Of a stretch of 49,088 nt of DNA, positions 19,997 to 29,800 are shown in pieces. The stretch is from NCBI GenBank assembly GCA_045133915.1, contig JBGUUX010000049.1, positions 1-49,088 of the forward strand, given 5' to 3'. Positions within the stretch are counted from its first letter, which is position 1. The number at the start of each line of letters is the position of its first letter. The position numbers were made by a program, and so were the translations under genes. Source of the stretch: Eubacteriales bacterium. Lineage in GTDB: Bacteria > Bacillota > Clostridia > Oscillospirales > CAG-272. Below the pieces are notes generated by a model. The model had not been told where the DNA came from. It ran no database searches and saw only the letters and a program-made list of their open reading frames with translations.

Positions 19997-21082
19997 TCAG
20001 AACTTGACGGGCTTGGATGTGAGATATTTCTTAACCATGAGCGCTACCTTGAAGGTGATAGCATGCTCAAACTCGCGAAGATCGAGTCCGGTAAGCTTGC
20101 GGATCTTTTCAAGTCTGTATACAAGGGTGTTTCTATGTACAAAAAGCTTACGGGAGGTCTCGGAAACGTTGAGGTTGTTTTCAAAGAAGCACTGGATAGT
20201 CATCAGTGTCTCGCTGTCAAGGGACTCAAGAGAACCTTTTTTGAATACTTCCTGCAAAAACATCTCACAAAGTGTGGTAGGCAGCTGATATATAAGTCTG
20301 CCGATACCAAGGTTTTCGTAGCTGATAATGTTCTTTTCGGTATCAAACACCTTGCCTACTTCAAGAGCAACCTGTGCTTCCTTGTAGGAACGGGCAAGAT
20401 CCTTGATGTTGTCTACCGCTGTACCTATACCGATAGCAACACGGGTATAGAACTCGGAAGAGAAGGTGTCTGCCATAGTATGAGCTATCTTCTCTACCTC
20501 GCGGGTATCATAGTTTGCCTTGACCTCACGGACAAGGACGATATCGTTCTCACCAACACTGATAACGTAGTCCTTACTTTTGTCAGGGAACATGTTCTGC
20601 ACCATATCAAAGGGAACAACGTCTACCTTACCGAAGAACTTAATAAGATAAACTATTCTTGAAACGTCGGTGCTGAAATGCAGTTCCTTGGACTTAATAT
20701 AGATATCACTGGGGAGAATGTTATCAAGAATGATATTCTTGATGAAAGAGCTCTTATCATACTTCTCGTCATAAAGGCTCTTTATGTTGTTGAGGGTAAT
20801 GGCAAGCACCAGAGAGTTCTTCTCTGCTACCTCGTCGGTGCCTTCAACAAATACGATATATTCCGACTTAACTGCGTTACCTATAGGACGGTAGGTGTAA
20901 CCCTCGTAACGGATCATATCACCTGCATAAGAGAGCTCTTCGCGAACACCCTGACGGGTCTCACCTATACCTGAAAGCTCGCTTGCGGCAATAACGATAC
21001 CATTTTCGTCTACAATGCCGATAACACGGTCAATGGCTTCCTTCATCTGCTGAATTATACCTTGAAACAGTCTGTTGGACAT
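19997..21082 (-). CDS. CdaR/PucR family transcriptional regulator
   Basis: N-terminal sugar-diacid-recognition-like segment (IGIVDENGIVIAAS), C-terminal HTH NLNVSETSRKLFVHRNTLVYRL; start at MSNRLF behind a GGAGG RBS. Confidence 0.9.
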   Translation of the reverse strand: MSNRLFQGIIQQMKEAIDRVIGIVDENGIVIAASELSGIGETRQGVREELSYAGDMIRYEGYTYRPIGNAVKSEYIVFVEGTDEVAEKNSLVLAITLNNIKSLYDEKYDKSSFIKNIILDNILPSDIYIKSKELHFSTDVSRIVYLIKFFGKVDVVPFDMVQNMFPDKSKDYVISVGENDIVLVREVKANYDTREVEKIAHTMADTFSSEFYTRVAIGIGTAVDNIKDLARSYKEAQVALEVGKVFDTEKNIISYENLGIGRLIYQLPTTLCEMFLQEVFKKGSLESLDSETLMTIQCFFENNLNVSETSRKLFVHRNTLVYRLEKIRKLTGLDLREFEHAITFKVALMVKKYLTSKPVKF

Positions 21083-21216
21083 ATAAAGACTTCCTCCGAA
21101 ATCATAATTTGTATACGTTGATTTGTGAAAAATCACAATACTCAAAAGCTAACTGAAGGCCATAGGGTCTATGCAGGTAGCCAACTTTCACAGTTTTAGC
21201 TTCGGAATACTGTACA

Positions 21217-21245
21217 ATTATACCACAAATTAGTCAATATGTCAA
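21217..21245 (-). promoter_or_regulatory. Consensus sigma-A promoter of the cdaR-ftsEX run
   Basis: Minus-strand TTGACA-17 nt-TATAAT with TG extension. Confidence 0.75.
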
Positions 21246-21332
21246 ACACACTTGCCACTTTTTATAGAATATTAACAATTCACAAATAACGGCAAATTAC
21301 ACAAAGGTTTTCAAACCGTTCTAAATAAAACC

Positions 21333-21359
21333 AAAGAAACCCGCTAAAAGCGGGTTTCT
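21333..21359 (-). terminator. Intrinsic terminator after the oxidoreductase pair
   Basis: AGAAACCCGCT-AAA-AGCGGGTTTCT. Confidence 0.75.
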
Positions 21360-21365
21360 GCTATA

Positions 21366-22349
21366 TTATTTAGCGGCACACTGGATAGTAAGAGTATCTC
21401 TCTGGCTCTTTATCACCTCTTCGGTACAGATGAGAAGGCCTGTCTTGCCGTCGATCTCGTCGATAAAGTCGGTGATATGGTTGTTTGCGGGAGTCTTGCC
21501 CTCGATAAACTCCATTGCAGGAGCATAATCAAGATATGCCTCAACACCGTTCTTGCCGTCCTCAGCAAAACGGATCATACCCTTAGTACCCCAGATAAGG
21601 AACTGCCAGTAGTAAGGAACACCGTACTCGATATGGCAGGGTGCGGCATAGCTTACGTCTGCCATAAGACCGCAACCGCCGTCAAGCTCTACCATAAACT
21701 GTGCGCAGTCCTTAAAGTTGGGCTGCTCGGTAGCAAAAGCGTTCCAGGTTCTTGCTGCAGTTACGTTCTTAAGGGTCTTGCCTGTAAGGTACTCAACAAG
21801 GTCAACACCGTGGATGGAGATATCGTTGATAACACCCTCGTGCTTGCCCTCTTCAAAGTACCACATAGGTCTGTTGCCATAGTCAAGGCCGTGCTGACCG
21901 TTAAAGGAGATTGCGTGGATCTCGCCAAGCTTACCTGAATCGATAAGCTCCTTTGCTATAGCGGTATAGGGGGAATAACGGAGGCTGAGCATACAACCTA
22001 CCTTTAAGTTCTTTTCCTTAGCTAATCTCTCGATCTCGTCAAGCTCTGTAAGGCTGGTACAGATAGGCTTATCCGCCATAACGTGCTTACCCGCCTTAAG
22101 AGCTGCGATAGCAAGTTCGCCTCTTCTGCCGTAGTAGTCGCCGATAGCAACGATATCAGCATCAGAGTTAAGTACATCCTCAAAAGAAGCGTAGTTAAAG
22201 TCTACACCGTGGTTATCGGTAGCAGCCTTACGTGCTGCCTCGTCCTCTTCCCAACAACCGGTAAGCTCGATTGCGTCGCACTCCTTAACCTGGTTGTAAA
22301 GCTGGAATATATGTCCGTGTCTAAATCCTGCAAAAGCTATTTTCTTCAT
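21366..22349 (-). CDS. Gfo/Idh/MocA family oxidoreductase
   Basis: Variant N-terminal loop AGFRHGH, GKHVMADKP, DISIHGVD. Confidence 0.88.
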   Translation of the reverse strand: MKKIAFAGFRHGHIFQLYNQVKECDAIELTGCWEEDEAARKAATDNHGVDFNYASFEDVLNSDADIVAIGDYYGRRGELAIAALKAGKHVMADKPICTSLTELDEIERLAKEKNLKVGCMLSLRYSPYTAIAKELIDSGKLGEIHAISFNGQHGLDYGNRPMWYFEEGKHEGVINDISIHGVDLVEYLTGKTLKNVTAARTWNAFATEQPNFKDCAQFMVELDGGCGLMADVSYAAPCHIEYGVPYYWQFLIWGTKGMIRFAEDGKNGVEAYLDYAPAMEFIEGKTPANNHITDFIDEIDGKTGLLICTEEVIKSQRDTLTIQCAAK

Positions 22350-23506
22350 TACTTAGTACCGCCTGTTACGTAGAATCTGTCCTCAACGCCTTCCTTGGGC
22401 TTGGATGTAGCTACACGCTCCATAAGCTCGTTATAGAACTCGTCGTGGGGGAAGTTATTAAGGTCTACCCACTTAGCACCGTTCCATGCGGAGTGATACA
22501 TAGCGTTAGACATAGTAAGCTCGTTGATAGCCTCATAGCCGGGAGAGAGAAGCTCGGTTCTGCCTGTAAGAAGCGCATCTGCAAAATCCTTGAATACGCC
22601 GGAATAATCATCTTCTACCTGAGGAACCTCTACCTCGATTCTCTTTCTGGGAGGCTCTTCGTCGTTGTGAGCGGCATTCCACTCACGCTCAGATACCTCA
22701 AGCTTGTCAAAGAAGATCTTGCCGTTCTCCATAACAACACGACCCATATCGCAGGAGATATCCATACGGTTTGTACCGGGAGTTTCGCCTGTACCGGTAA
22801 GGTAAACACCTGTGGTACCGTTGTTATACTTAAACATAGCAGAGATATCGTCGTCAACCTCGATATCATAGTACTTACCGAAGGATACGTCTGCCATAAG
22901 AGAGTCGGGAGTACCGAACAGCCACTGCCAGAGATCAAGCTGATGAGGACACTGATTGATAAGCGCACCGCCACCCTCTGTTGCCCAGGTGGAACGCCAT
23001 CCTGCGCTATCGTGGTATGCCTGAGGACGGTACCACTGAGTAGCAAGCCATGTGATACGCTTGATATGACCAAGCTCACCGGAAGCAACAAGCTTCTTTA
23101 AGGTCTGATATACAGGAAGACCTCTGAGACAGAAGTTAACTGCAAGGAGCTTGCCTGTTCTCTTCTGTGCATCAAGCATCTCGTTTACCTGCTTGGTATA
23201 AACGCCTGCAGGCTTTTCGCAAAGAACGTGGAGACCGTGCTCCATAGCACTGATAGCGAGTTCGGGATGTACGTAGTGAGGTGTTGCGATGGTTACCGCA
23301 TCACAGAGACCGCTCTTATAAAGATCCTCTGCCTTTTCGAACTGAGGAACACCGGGAAGCAGTTCAGCAGCAACCTCAAGCTTCTTGGGGTTGATATCGC
23401 ATACGGCGGTGATCTCCATACCGGGAACCTTGCCCTCGGTGATGAAGTTATAATGGGTATGACCCATGTTACCGAAACCAACAATACCAATTCTTATCTT
23501 TTCCAT
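22349..23506 (-). CDS. Gfo/Idh/MocA family oxidoreductase
   Basis: GIVGFGNMG, HVLCEKP, EGGGALINQCPHQLD; TAATG coupling to the next gene. Confidence 0.92.
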   Translation of the reverse strand: MEKIRIGIVGFGNMGHTHYNFITEGKVPGMEITAVCDINPKKLEVAAELLPGVPQFEKAEDLYKSGLCDAVTIATPHYVHPELAISAMEHGLHVLCEKPAGVYTKQVNEMLDAQKRTGKLLAVNFCLRGLPVYQTLKKLVASGELGHIKRITWLATQWYRPQAYHDSAGWRSTWATEGGGALINQCPHQLDLWQWLFGTPDSLMADVSFGKYYDIEVDDDISAMFKYNNGTTGVYLTGTGETPGTNRMDISCDMGRVVMENGKIFFDKLEVSEREWNAAHNDEEPPRKRIEVEVPQVEDDYSGVFKDFADALLTGRTELLSPGYEAINELTMSNAMYHSAWNGAKWVDLNNFPHDEFYNELMERVATSKPKEGVEDRFYVTGGTK

Positions 23507-23546
23507 TGTATATAGTTACCTTTCGTTTGTTTTCATAGATATAATA

Positions 23547-23575
23547 ATGATAGCACACAGCTATAAATTTGTCAA
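23547..23575 (-). promoter_or_regulatory. sigma-A promoter of the oxidoreductase pair
   Basis: Minus-strand TTGACA-17 nt-TATCAT with TG extension. Confidence 0.65.
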
Positions 23576-23943
23576 TCAAAAATCTTTAATTCCCTGCCGT
23601 CATAGCATACATTACTATGCCTTATCCCCCATTTTCGGATATAACAAAGTCTGCCCTTTGTCCTATCCCATACCAAAGAGCTTCTGTGGCGGCGCACACA
23701 TTCTGAATCCTTATACAATCTCGCCTCGGTTATGACCGACAGGGTCTCTTCATCCTCATAGCACACCGACGAGGATAGCATACCGACGAGCTTACTCTTC
23801 TCCGCCCTTTTTACAAAAATCTCGGATAATTTCTTATAGTATTTATCTATACGCTTGTTTTCGGTCACGGGGTATCGCACCGAGACGTAGCCGATACGTA
23901 GTTTGCCGTCTGTTATCTCGGTTCTTTCAAATATTTCATTCAT
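23572..23943 (-). CDS. Hypothetical protein (123 aa), weak resemblance to DUF4163-like domains
   Basis: AGGTGA RBS before ATG 23943; pattern YP..IDKYY..V.YEDEETLSV..WD..KG.L. Family resemblance is by eye only. Confidence 0.6.
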   Translation of the reverse strand: MNEIFERTEITDGKLRIGYVSVRYPVTENKRIDKYYKKLSEIFVKRAEKSKLVGMLSSSVCYEDEETLSVITEARLYKDSECVRRHRSSLVWDRTKGRLCYIRKWGIRHSNVCYDGRELKIFD

Positions 23944-24003
23944 TTTATCACCTATATATGATATGAATGAAATGATTGGTTTATATATTACAAGTAAAAA
24001 TAT

Positions 24004-24031
24004 AAGGCTTTTGTCCGAAGACAAAAGCCTT
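24004..24031 (-). terminator. Intrinsic terminator
   Basis: 12-bp stem AAGGCTTTTGTC/GACAAAAGCCTT with a C(UUCG)G tetraloop on the minus strand. Confidence 0.78.
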
Positions 24032-24037
24032 TAGTTA

Positions 24038-25090
24038 TTATTCTTCAAAAGCTACTACCTGACCGAGCTCGTCAGACTTAAATGCAGCCTCCATAACCTT
24101 CATTACACGCATAACCTCGTGAGGCTTAACGATAAGCTCAGCCTTGCCGTCGATAACATCACAGAAGTTACGGTAATAATCGTATACGTCAGCGGTAGGT
24201 CTATCTATCTCGTACTCGTCAACGGTGATAGAATCACGGGGTGCCATGGTCTTGGTAAGACCTGCGCCTGTCTGTACGGGAATAACGTCACTTTCGTGCC
24301 AGTGCTTACAAACGGTAACCTTTGCCTTCTCACGCCAGTCGGTAATAAGAGCAGTGCCCTTGTCGCCCTGCATATAAAGTCTGGGAAGCGCGATAAAGTT
24401 ATACGTACCTGTTTCGATATAAGCCTGTGCGCCGTCCTCAAAGTAAATGAAGAGCTTGTAGCCGTCGTCTACCTCAAAGTTGGTGGTATGGATAAACTTA
24501 CAGTAGATACCTGTGATCTTCTGCTTAAAGAGCTGAAGTGCCTGGTCGATAAGATGTACGCCCCAGTCAAGAAGCATACCGCCGCCGTGCTCCTTCTCGC
24601 CTCTCCAGTCGCTGGGAATACCGCGGGAACCGTGGATACGGGACTCGTAGTTAAATACCTTACCGATCTCGCCGGAGTTCCAGATCTGCTTCATACCGAG
24701 GAAGTCAACGTCCCAACGTCTGTTCTGATGAACGGAGAATACGCAATTATTCTTTTCTGCAGCCTCTACCATCTGTGCAAACTCATCGCTTGACATAGCA
24801 ACGGGCTTTTCACAGATAACGTGCTTGCCTGCGTTAAGAGCCTTTACAACGGTGCCGAGGTGGTCGTCGTTAGGAATAGCAACGGTGATTATATCAACTC
24901 TGTCGTCTGCTAAAACGGCATCAAGGGAATCGTATGCAAAGATACCTCTGGAGCGAGCAAGCTCGGACTTAGCGGGATCTATATCATAGATACCGAGAAG
25001 GTTAACAACACCCTTTTCTATAGCCTTTGCAACGTGATATCCGCCGCCCATTCCGCCGTAACCAACGACAACTAAATTCTTCTTTTCCAT
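24038..25090 (-). CDS. Gfo/Idh/MocA family oxidoreductase
   Basis: VVVGYGGMG, GKHVICEKP, HQNRRWD, GGGMLLDWGVHLID. Confidence 0.93.
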   Translation of the reverse strand: MEKKNLVVVGYGGMGGGYHVAKAIEKGVVNLLGIYDIDPAKSELARSRGIFAYDSLDAVLADDRVDIITVAIPNDDHLGTVVKALNAGKHVICEKPVAMSSDEFAQMVEAAEKNNCVFSVHQNRRWDVDFLGMKQIWNSGEIGKVFNYESRIHGSRGIPSDWRGEKEHGGGMLLDWGVHLIDQALQLFKQKITGIYCKFIHTTNFEVDDGYKLFIYFEDGAQAYIETGTYNFIALPRLYMQGDKGTALITDWREKAKVTVCKHWHESDVIPVQTGAGLTKTMAPRDSITVDEYEIDRPTADVYDYYRNFCDVIDGKAELIVKPHEVMRVMKVMEAAFKSDELGQVVAFEE

Positions 25091-25105
25091 AATAAATAAC
25101 CTTTC

Positions 25106-25158
25106 GTAAAAACGGTTTACAGTTGAGTTTATTATATCATATTCATAATGAATGTCAA
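25106..25158 (-). promoter_or_regulatory. sigma-A promoter with palindromic candidate operators
   Basis: Minus-strand TTGACA-16 nt-TATAAT with TG extension; ATTCAT-A-ATGAAT palindrome in the spacer; GTAAA..CG..TTTAC (LacI/cre-like) just downstream. Confidence 0.55.
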
Positions 25159-25166
25159 CCTTTTTG

Positions 25167-25202
25167 AAAAAAATAAACCGCAGTTTTCACTGCGGTTTAT
25201 TT
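25167..25202 (-). terminator. Intrinsic terminator of the pur-fhs operon
   Basis: 14-bp stem AAATAAACCGCAGT/ACTGCGGTTTATTT, GAAA tetraloop and U tract on the minus strand. Confidence 0.85.
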
Positions 25203-25208
25203 GCATTT

Positions 25209-26885
25209 TTAGAATAATCCACTGATTCTGCCGTTGTCATCAACGTCGATCTTTTCTGCTGCGGGAACCTTGGGAAGTCCGGGCATAGTCATAATGTCAC
25301 CTGTCAGAACTACCACAAAGCCTGCGCCTGCGCTGATCTTAACGTTCTTTACAGTTACGGTAAAGCCTGTAGGCGCGCCGAGCTTGGTCATATCGTCAGA
25401 GAAGGAGTACTGTGTCTTTGCCATACAAACAGGGCAAGAGCCAAAGCCAAGCTCAGTAAGCTTGTCAAGCTGTTTCTTTGCAGCAGGCATAATTGTGATG
25501 CCGTCACCGCCGTATACCTTCTTAACTACCTTCTCGATCTTCTCCTCAAGGGTATCAGCATCATCATAGCAGAAGGTAAAGTCACCCTTCTCTTCTTCGC
25601 AGAGACGTACAACCTCTTCTGCAAGAGCCTCGCCGCCCTTGCCGCCTTCTGCCCATACGGTAGAGAGAACTACGTTTACACCCAGTTCCTTACACTTCTC
25701 GATAACCAGATTTATCTCGGCATCGGTATCGGTGGGAAAACGGTTTACTGCGACTACAGAGGGGAGCTTGTAAACATCCTTGATGTTGGAAACGTGACGA
25801 AGAAGATTGGGAAGACCCTTTTCAAGAGCTTCAAGGTTCTCGGCGTTAAGCTCGGTCTTTGCAAGACCGCCGTGCATCTTGAGCGCACGAACTGTTGCAA
25901 CGATAACAACCGCAGAGGGTGTGAGACCTGCAAAACGGCACTTGATATCAAGGAACTTTTCGGCACCAAGATCAGCGCCAAAGCCTGCCTCGGTGATAGC
26001 ATAGTCAGAGAGCTTCATTGCCATACGGGTAGCGGTAACAGAGTTACAGCCGTGGGCAATGTTAGCAAAGGGACCGCCGTGCACAAATGCGGGAGTACCC
26101 TCAAGAGTCTGAACAAGGTTGGGCTTAAGAGCATCCTTAAGAAGAGCTGTCATAGCGCCCTCTGCCTTAAGCTGACCGCAGGTAACAGGCTTTTCGTCGT
26201 AGGTATAGCCTACGATGATCTTAGAGAGTCTTTCCTTCAAGTCGGAAATAGACTTGGAAAGGCAAAGAACTGCCATGATCTCACTTGCAACGGTGATGTC
26301 GTAACCGTCCTCACGGGGTACGCCGTTTACACGTCCGCCAAGACCGTCTGTTACAAAGCGAAGCTGACGGTCATTCATATCAACACAGCGTTTCCATGTG
26401 ATACGGCGGGGATCGATGTTAAGGGAGTTACCCTGATAGATGTGGTTATCAAGCATAGCGGCAAGCAGATTGTTTGCCGCGCCTATAGCGTGGAAGTCAC
26501 CTGTAAAGTGAAGGTTGATGTCTTCCATGGGCACTACCTGTGCCCAACCGCCGCCTGCGGCACCGCCCTTGACACCGAAAACAGGGCCGAGGGAGGGCTC
26601 GCGAAGAGCAACGGAAACGTTCTTGCCGATACGCTTAAGACCGTCTGCAAGACCGATTGTGGTTGTAGTCTTACCCTCACCTGCGGGAGTAGGGGTTATT
26701 GCGGTAACAAGGATAAGCTTACCGTCCTTCTTTGTTTCATCGTTAAGAAGAGAGAGATCAACCTTTGCCTTATACTTACCGTACTGCTCAAGATATTCGT
26801 CGGGTACACCTGCTACCTTTGCTATATCGGTAATAGGCTGCATTTCTACAGACTGGGCGATTTCTATATCAGACATGTAAGCCAT
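25209..26885 (-). CDS. fhs: Formate--tetrahydrofolate ligase
   Basis: [53 protein letters not shown]. Confidence 0.98.
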   Translation of the reverse strand: MAYMSDIEIAQSVEMQPITDIAKVAGVPDEYLEQYGKYKAKVDLSLLNDETKKDGKLILVTAITPTPAGEGKTTTTIGLADGLKRIGKNVSVALREPSLGPVFGVKGGAAGGGWAQVVPMEDINLHFTGDFHAIGAANNLLAAMLDNHIYQGNSLNIDPRRITWKRCVDMNDRQLRFVTDGLGGRVNGVPREDGYDITVASEIMAVLCLSKSISDLKERLSKIIVGYTYDEKPVTCGQLKAEGAMTALLKDALKPNLVQTLEGTPAFVHGGPFANIAHGCNSVTATRMAMKLSDYAITEAGFGADLGAEKFLDIKCRFAGLTPSAVVIVATVRALKMHGGLAKTELNAENLEALEKGLPNLLRHVSNIKDVYKLPSVVAVNRFPTDTDAEINLVIEKCKELGVNVVLSTVWAEGGKGGEALAEEVVRLCEEEKGDFTFCYDDADTLEEKIEKVVKKVYGGDGITIMPAAKKQLDKLTELGFGSCPVCMAKTQYSFSDDMTKLGAPTGFTVTVKNVKISAGAGFVVVLTGDIMTMPGLPKVPAAEKIDVDDNGRISGLF

Positions 26886-26897
26886 AGTATTTTCTCC

Positions 26898-29800
26898 TTA
26901 GTTATTGAAATATTTGAATGCGGAGTTGAAGAGGTTCATCTCGTATGTACCCTCTACGTTCTTGTAGAGACCTGTACCGATACGCTCGCTGTGACCCATC
27001 TTACCAAGAACACGGCCGTCGGGAGATGTGATACCCTCGATTGCGTGAGCGGAGTTGTTGGGGTTGAATGCAATGTCGTATGTAGCGTTACCATCAAGGT
27101 CACAGTACTGAGTAGCGATCTGACCGTTAGCAGCAAGCTTAGCGATAAGCTCGTCGGAGCCAAGGAATCTACCTTCACCGTGGGAGATCGGTACTGTGTA
27201 AACCTCGCCTGCCTTTGTACCCATGAGCCAAGGAGACTTGTTAGAAGCGATTGCTGTACGAACAAGCTTGGACTGGTGGCGTGCGATGGTGTTAAATGTA
27301 AGTGTGGGGCAGTTTTCATCGGTGTCGATGATCTCGCCGTAAGGTACAAGACCGAGCTTGATAAGAGCCTGGAAACCGTTACAGATACCAAGCATCAGAC
27401 CGTCACGGTTGCGAAGGAGCCCGTGAACTGCATCCTTAACAGCCTTGTTACGGAAGAATGCGGTAATGAACTTACCGGAGCCGTCGGGCTCGTCACCGCC
27501 GGAGAAACCGCCGGGGATAGCGATGATCTGTGCGTTCTCAGCCTGCTTTGCAAAGTAATCTACACTATCTGCAATGCCCTGAGCGGTAAGGTTCTTGATA
27601 ACGATGATCTCGGTGTCAAGACCTGCGCGCTGTGCAGCCTTTGCGGTATCAAACTCACAGTTAGTACCGGGGAATACGGGGATAAGTACCTTAGGCTTGG
27701 TAACCTTGGTACGAACCTGAGGATAGGACTCTGCGTTGAATCTGTAGTTCTCAGGCTTTTCGGTATTGAAATCAATATTGCAACGGTAAACGTCCTCAAG
27801 CTTACCTTCGTAGAGCTTATTGAGACCGCAGAGGCAAACCTTTTCGTCACCGAGGGAGATAACACCCTCCTCTACGGTGTAACCGAGAGTTTCGCCAACC
27901 TCTGTGCTGTCTACCATCTCAAGGATGAATGCGCCGTAGTTGTAACCGAAGATGTCAGCCACGGTCATAGCGTCATCGTACTTGAAGCCGATGCCGTTAC
28001 CGATAGCCATCTTGTATACAGCTTCTGCAATACCGCCGAGAGTAGGAGTATAAGCAGCTGCAACCTTACCTGCACGAACAAGCTCAGCAACCTTGTTGTA
28101 GTTTGCAATAAGGCTGTCAGTCTTGGGAAGGTGGTTTTCGTCATACTCGGTGCGAAGGATCGCAACTCTGTGACCTGCAGACTTAAACTCGGGAGAGATA
28201 ATATTCTTTATATCGTCTGTTGTAACAGCGAAGGAAACGAGGGTAGGAGGAACGTCCAGCTTCTCAAAGCTACCGGACATAGAGTCCTTACCGCCGATAG
28301 AACCGATGCCCATGTTCTTCTGAGCCTTGAATGCACCGAGAAGTGCAGCAAGAGGCTTGCCCCAACGCTTTGCGTCTGTACCGGGCTTTTCAAAGTATTC
28401 CTGGAAGGTGAGGTATACGTCCTCGTAGGAAGCACCTGTAGCGATAAGCTTGGAAACAGACTCAACTACCGCAAGGTATGCACCGTGGTAGGGAGACTTT
28501 TCGGTAATAAAAGGATTGTAACCCCAGGACATAAGAGATACTGTAGAGGTATCGCCTGTCTCTGTGGAGATCTTGTTAACCATTGCCTGGATGGGAGTAA
28601 GCTGATACTTACCGCCGAAGGGCATAAGAACTGTGCCTGCGCCAATGGTGGAGTCAAATCTTTCGGAAAGACCGCGCTTGGAGCAGGTGTTAAGGTCGGA
28701 AGCAACTGCCTTGTAGTTATCGGTGAAGCTGCCTTCAACCTTTTTGCAATAGCACTCAGGCTTTGCGGGAGCTATATCAATGTGCTTGGAAGCACCGTTA
28801 CTGTTAAGGAATTCACGGGAGAGGTCAACTATAGCCTTGCCGTTCCAGTGCATTACAAGACGGGCTTCCGCCTGAACCTTTGCTACAACTGTAGCCTCAA
28901 GGTTTTCGCTGTCAGCAAGCTCACAGAAACGCTCAACGTCCTTTGCCTCAACTACAACAGCCATTCTCTCCTGAGACTCGGAGATAGCAAGCTCGGTACC
29001 GTCAAGACCGTCGTACTTCTTGGGAACTGCATTGAGGTCGATCACAAGACCGTCAGCTAATTCTCCGATAGCAACGGATACACCGCCTGCGCCGAAGTCG
29101 TTACAACGCTTGATAAGCTGAGAAGCTTCTTTGTTTCTGAAGAGTCTCTGGAGCTTACGCTCTTCGGGAGCGTTACCCTTCTGAACCTCTGCACCGCAGG
29201 ATTCAAGAGACTGGAGATTGTGAGACTTGGAGGAACCTGTAGCGCCGCCACAGCCGTCACGGCCTGTTCTGCCGCCAAGGAGAACTACGATATCGCCGTC
29301 CTCGGGTCTCTCACGGCGTACGTTCTCAGCGGGAGCAGCTGCGATAACCGCACCGATCTCCATACGCTTAGCCGCATAGCCGTCGTGGTATATTTCGTCA
29401 ACCTGACCGGTTGCAAGACCGATCTGGTTACCGTAGGAGGAGTAACCTGCAGCTGCAGTTGTTACGAGCTTACGCTGAGGAAGCTTACCCTCCATGGTCT
29501 CGGAGATGGGCTTGGTGGGGTCAGCCGCACCTGTTACACGCATAGCTGCGTAAACGTAGCTACGTCCGGACAGGGGGTCACGGATAGCACCGCCGATACA
29601 GGTAGCAGCACCGCCGAAGGGCTCGATCTCGGTAGGATGGTTGTGTGTTTCGTTCTTGAAGAGTAAGAGCCACGGTTCACGCTTGCCGTCGTGCTCAACG
29701 TCGATCTTAACTGTACAAGCGTTGATCTCCTCAGACTCGTCGAGCTTTTCAAGCTTGCCTTCCTTCTTAAGGTATCTTACCGCAAGGGTAGCGATATCCA

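Noticed and set aside
21146-21203. c-di-GMP-II riboswitch resemblance (AAACUGUGAA...GUUAG)
   Set aside because: Lacks the GGGCAC/GUGC pseudoknot and the conserved 3' elements.
26898-27700. PurL glutaminase reads HSE rather than HPE
   Set aside because: Catalytic Cys (GICNGFQ), His and Glu are all present; only the middle residue varies, unlike CarA.
25794-29060. 1088-aa plus-strand ORF antisense to purL/fhs, and similar long antisense ORFs over lysS, purD, purH, purM and carB
   Set aside because: They mirror the sense reading frame of strongly codon-biased genes that rarely use TTA/CTA/TCA, so antisense stops are scarce. No RBS or recognisable motifs.
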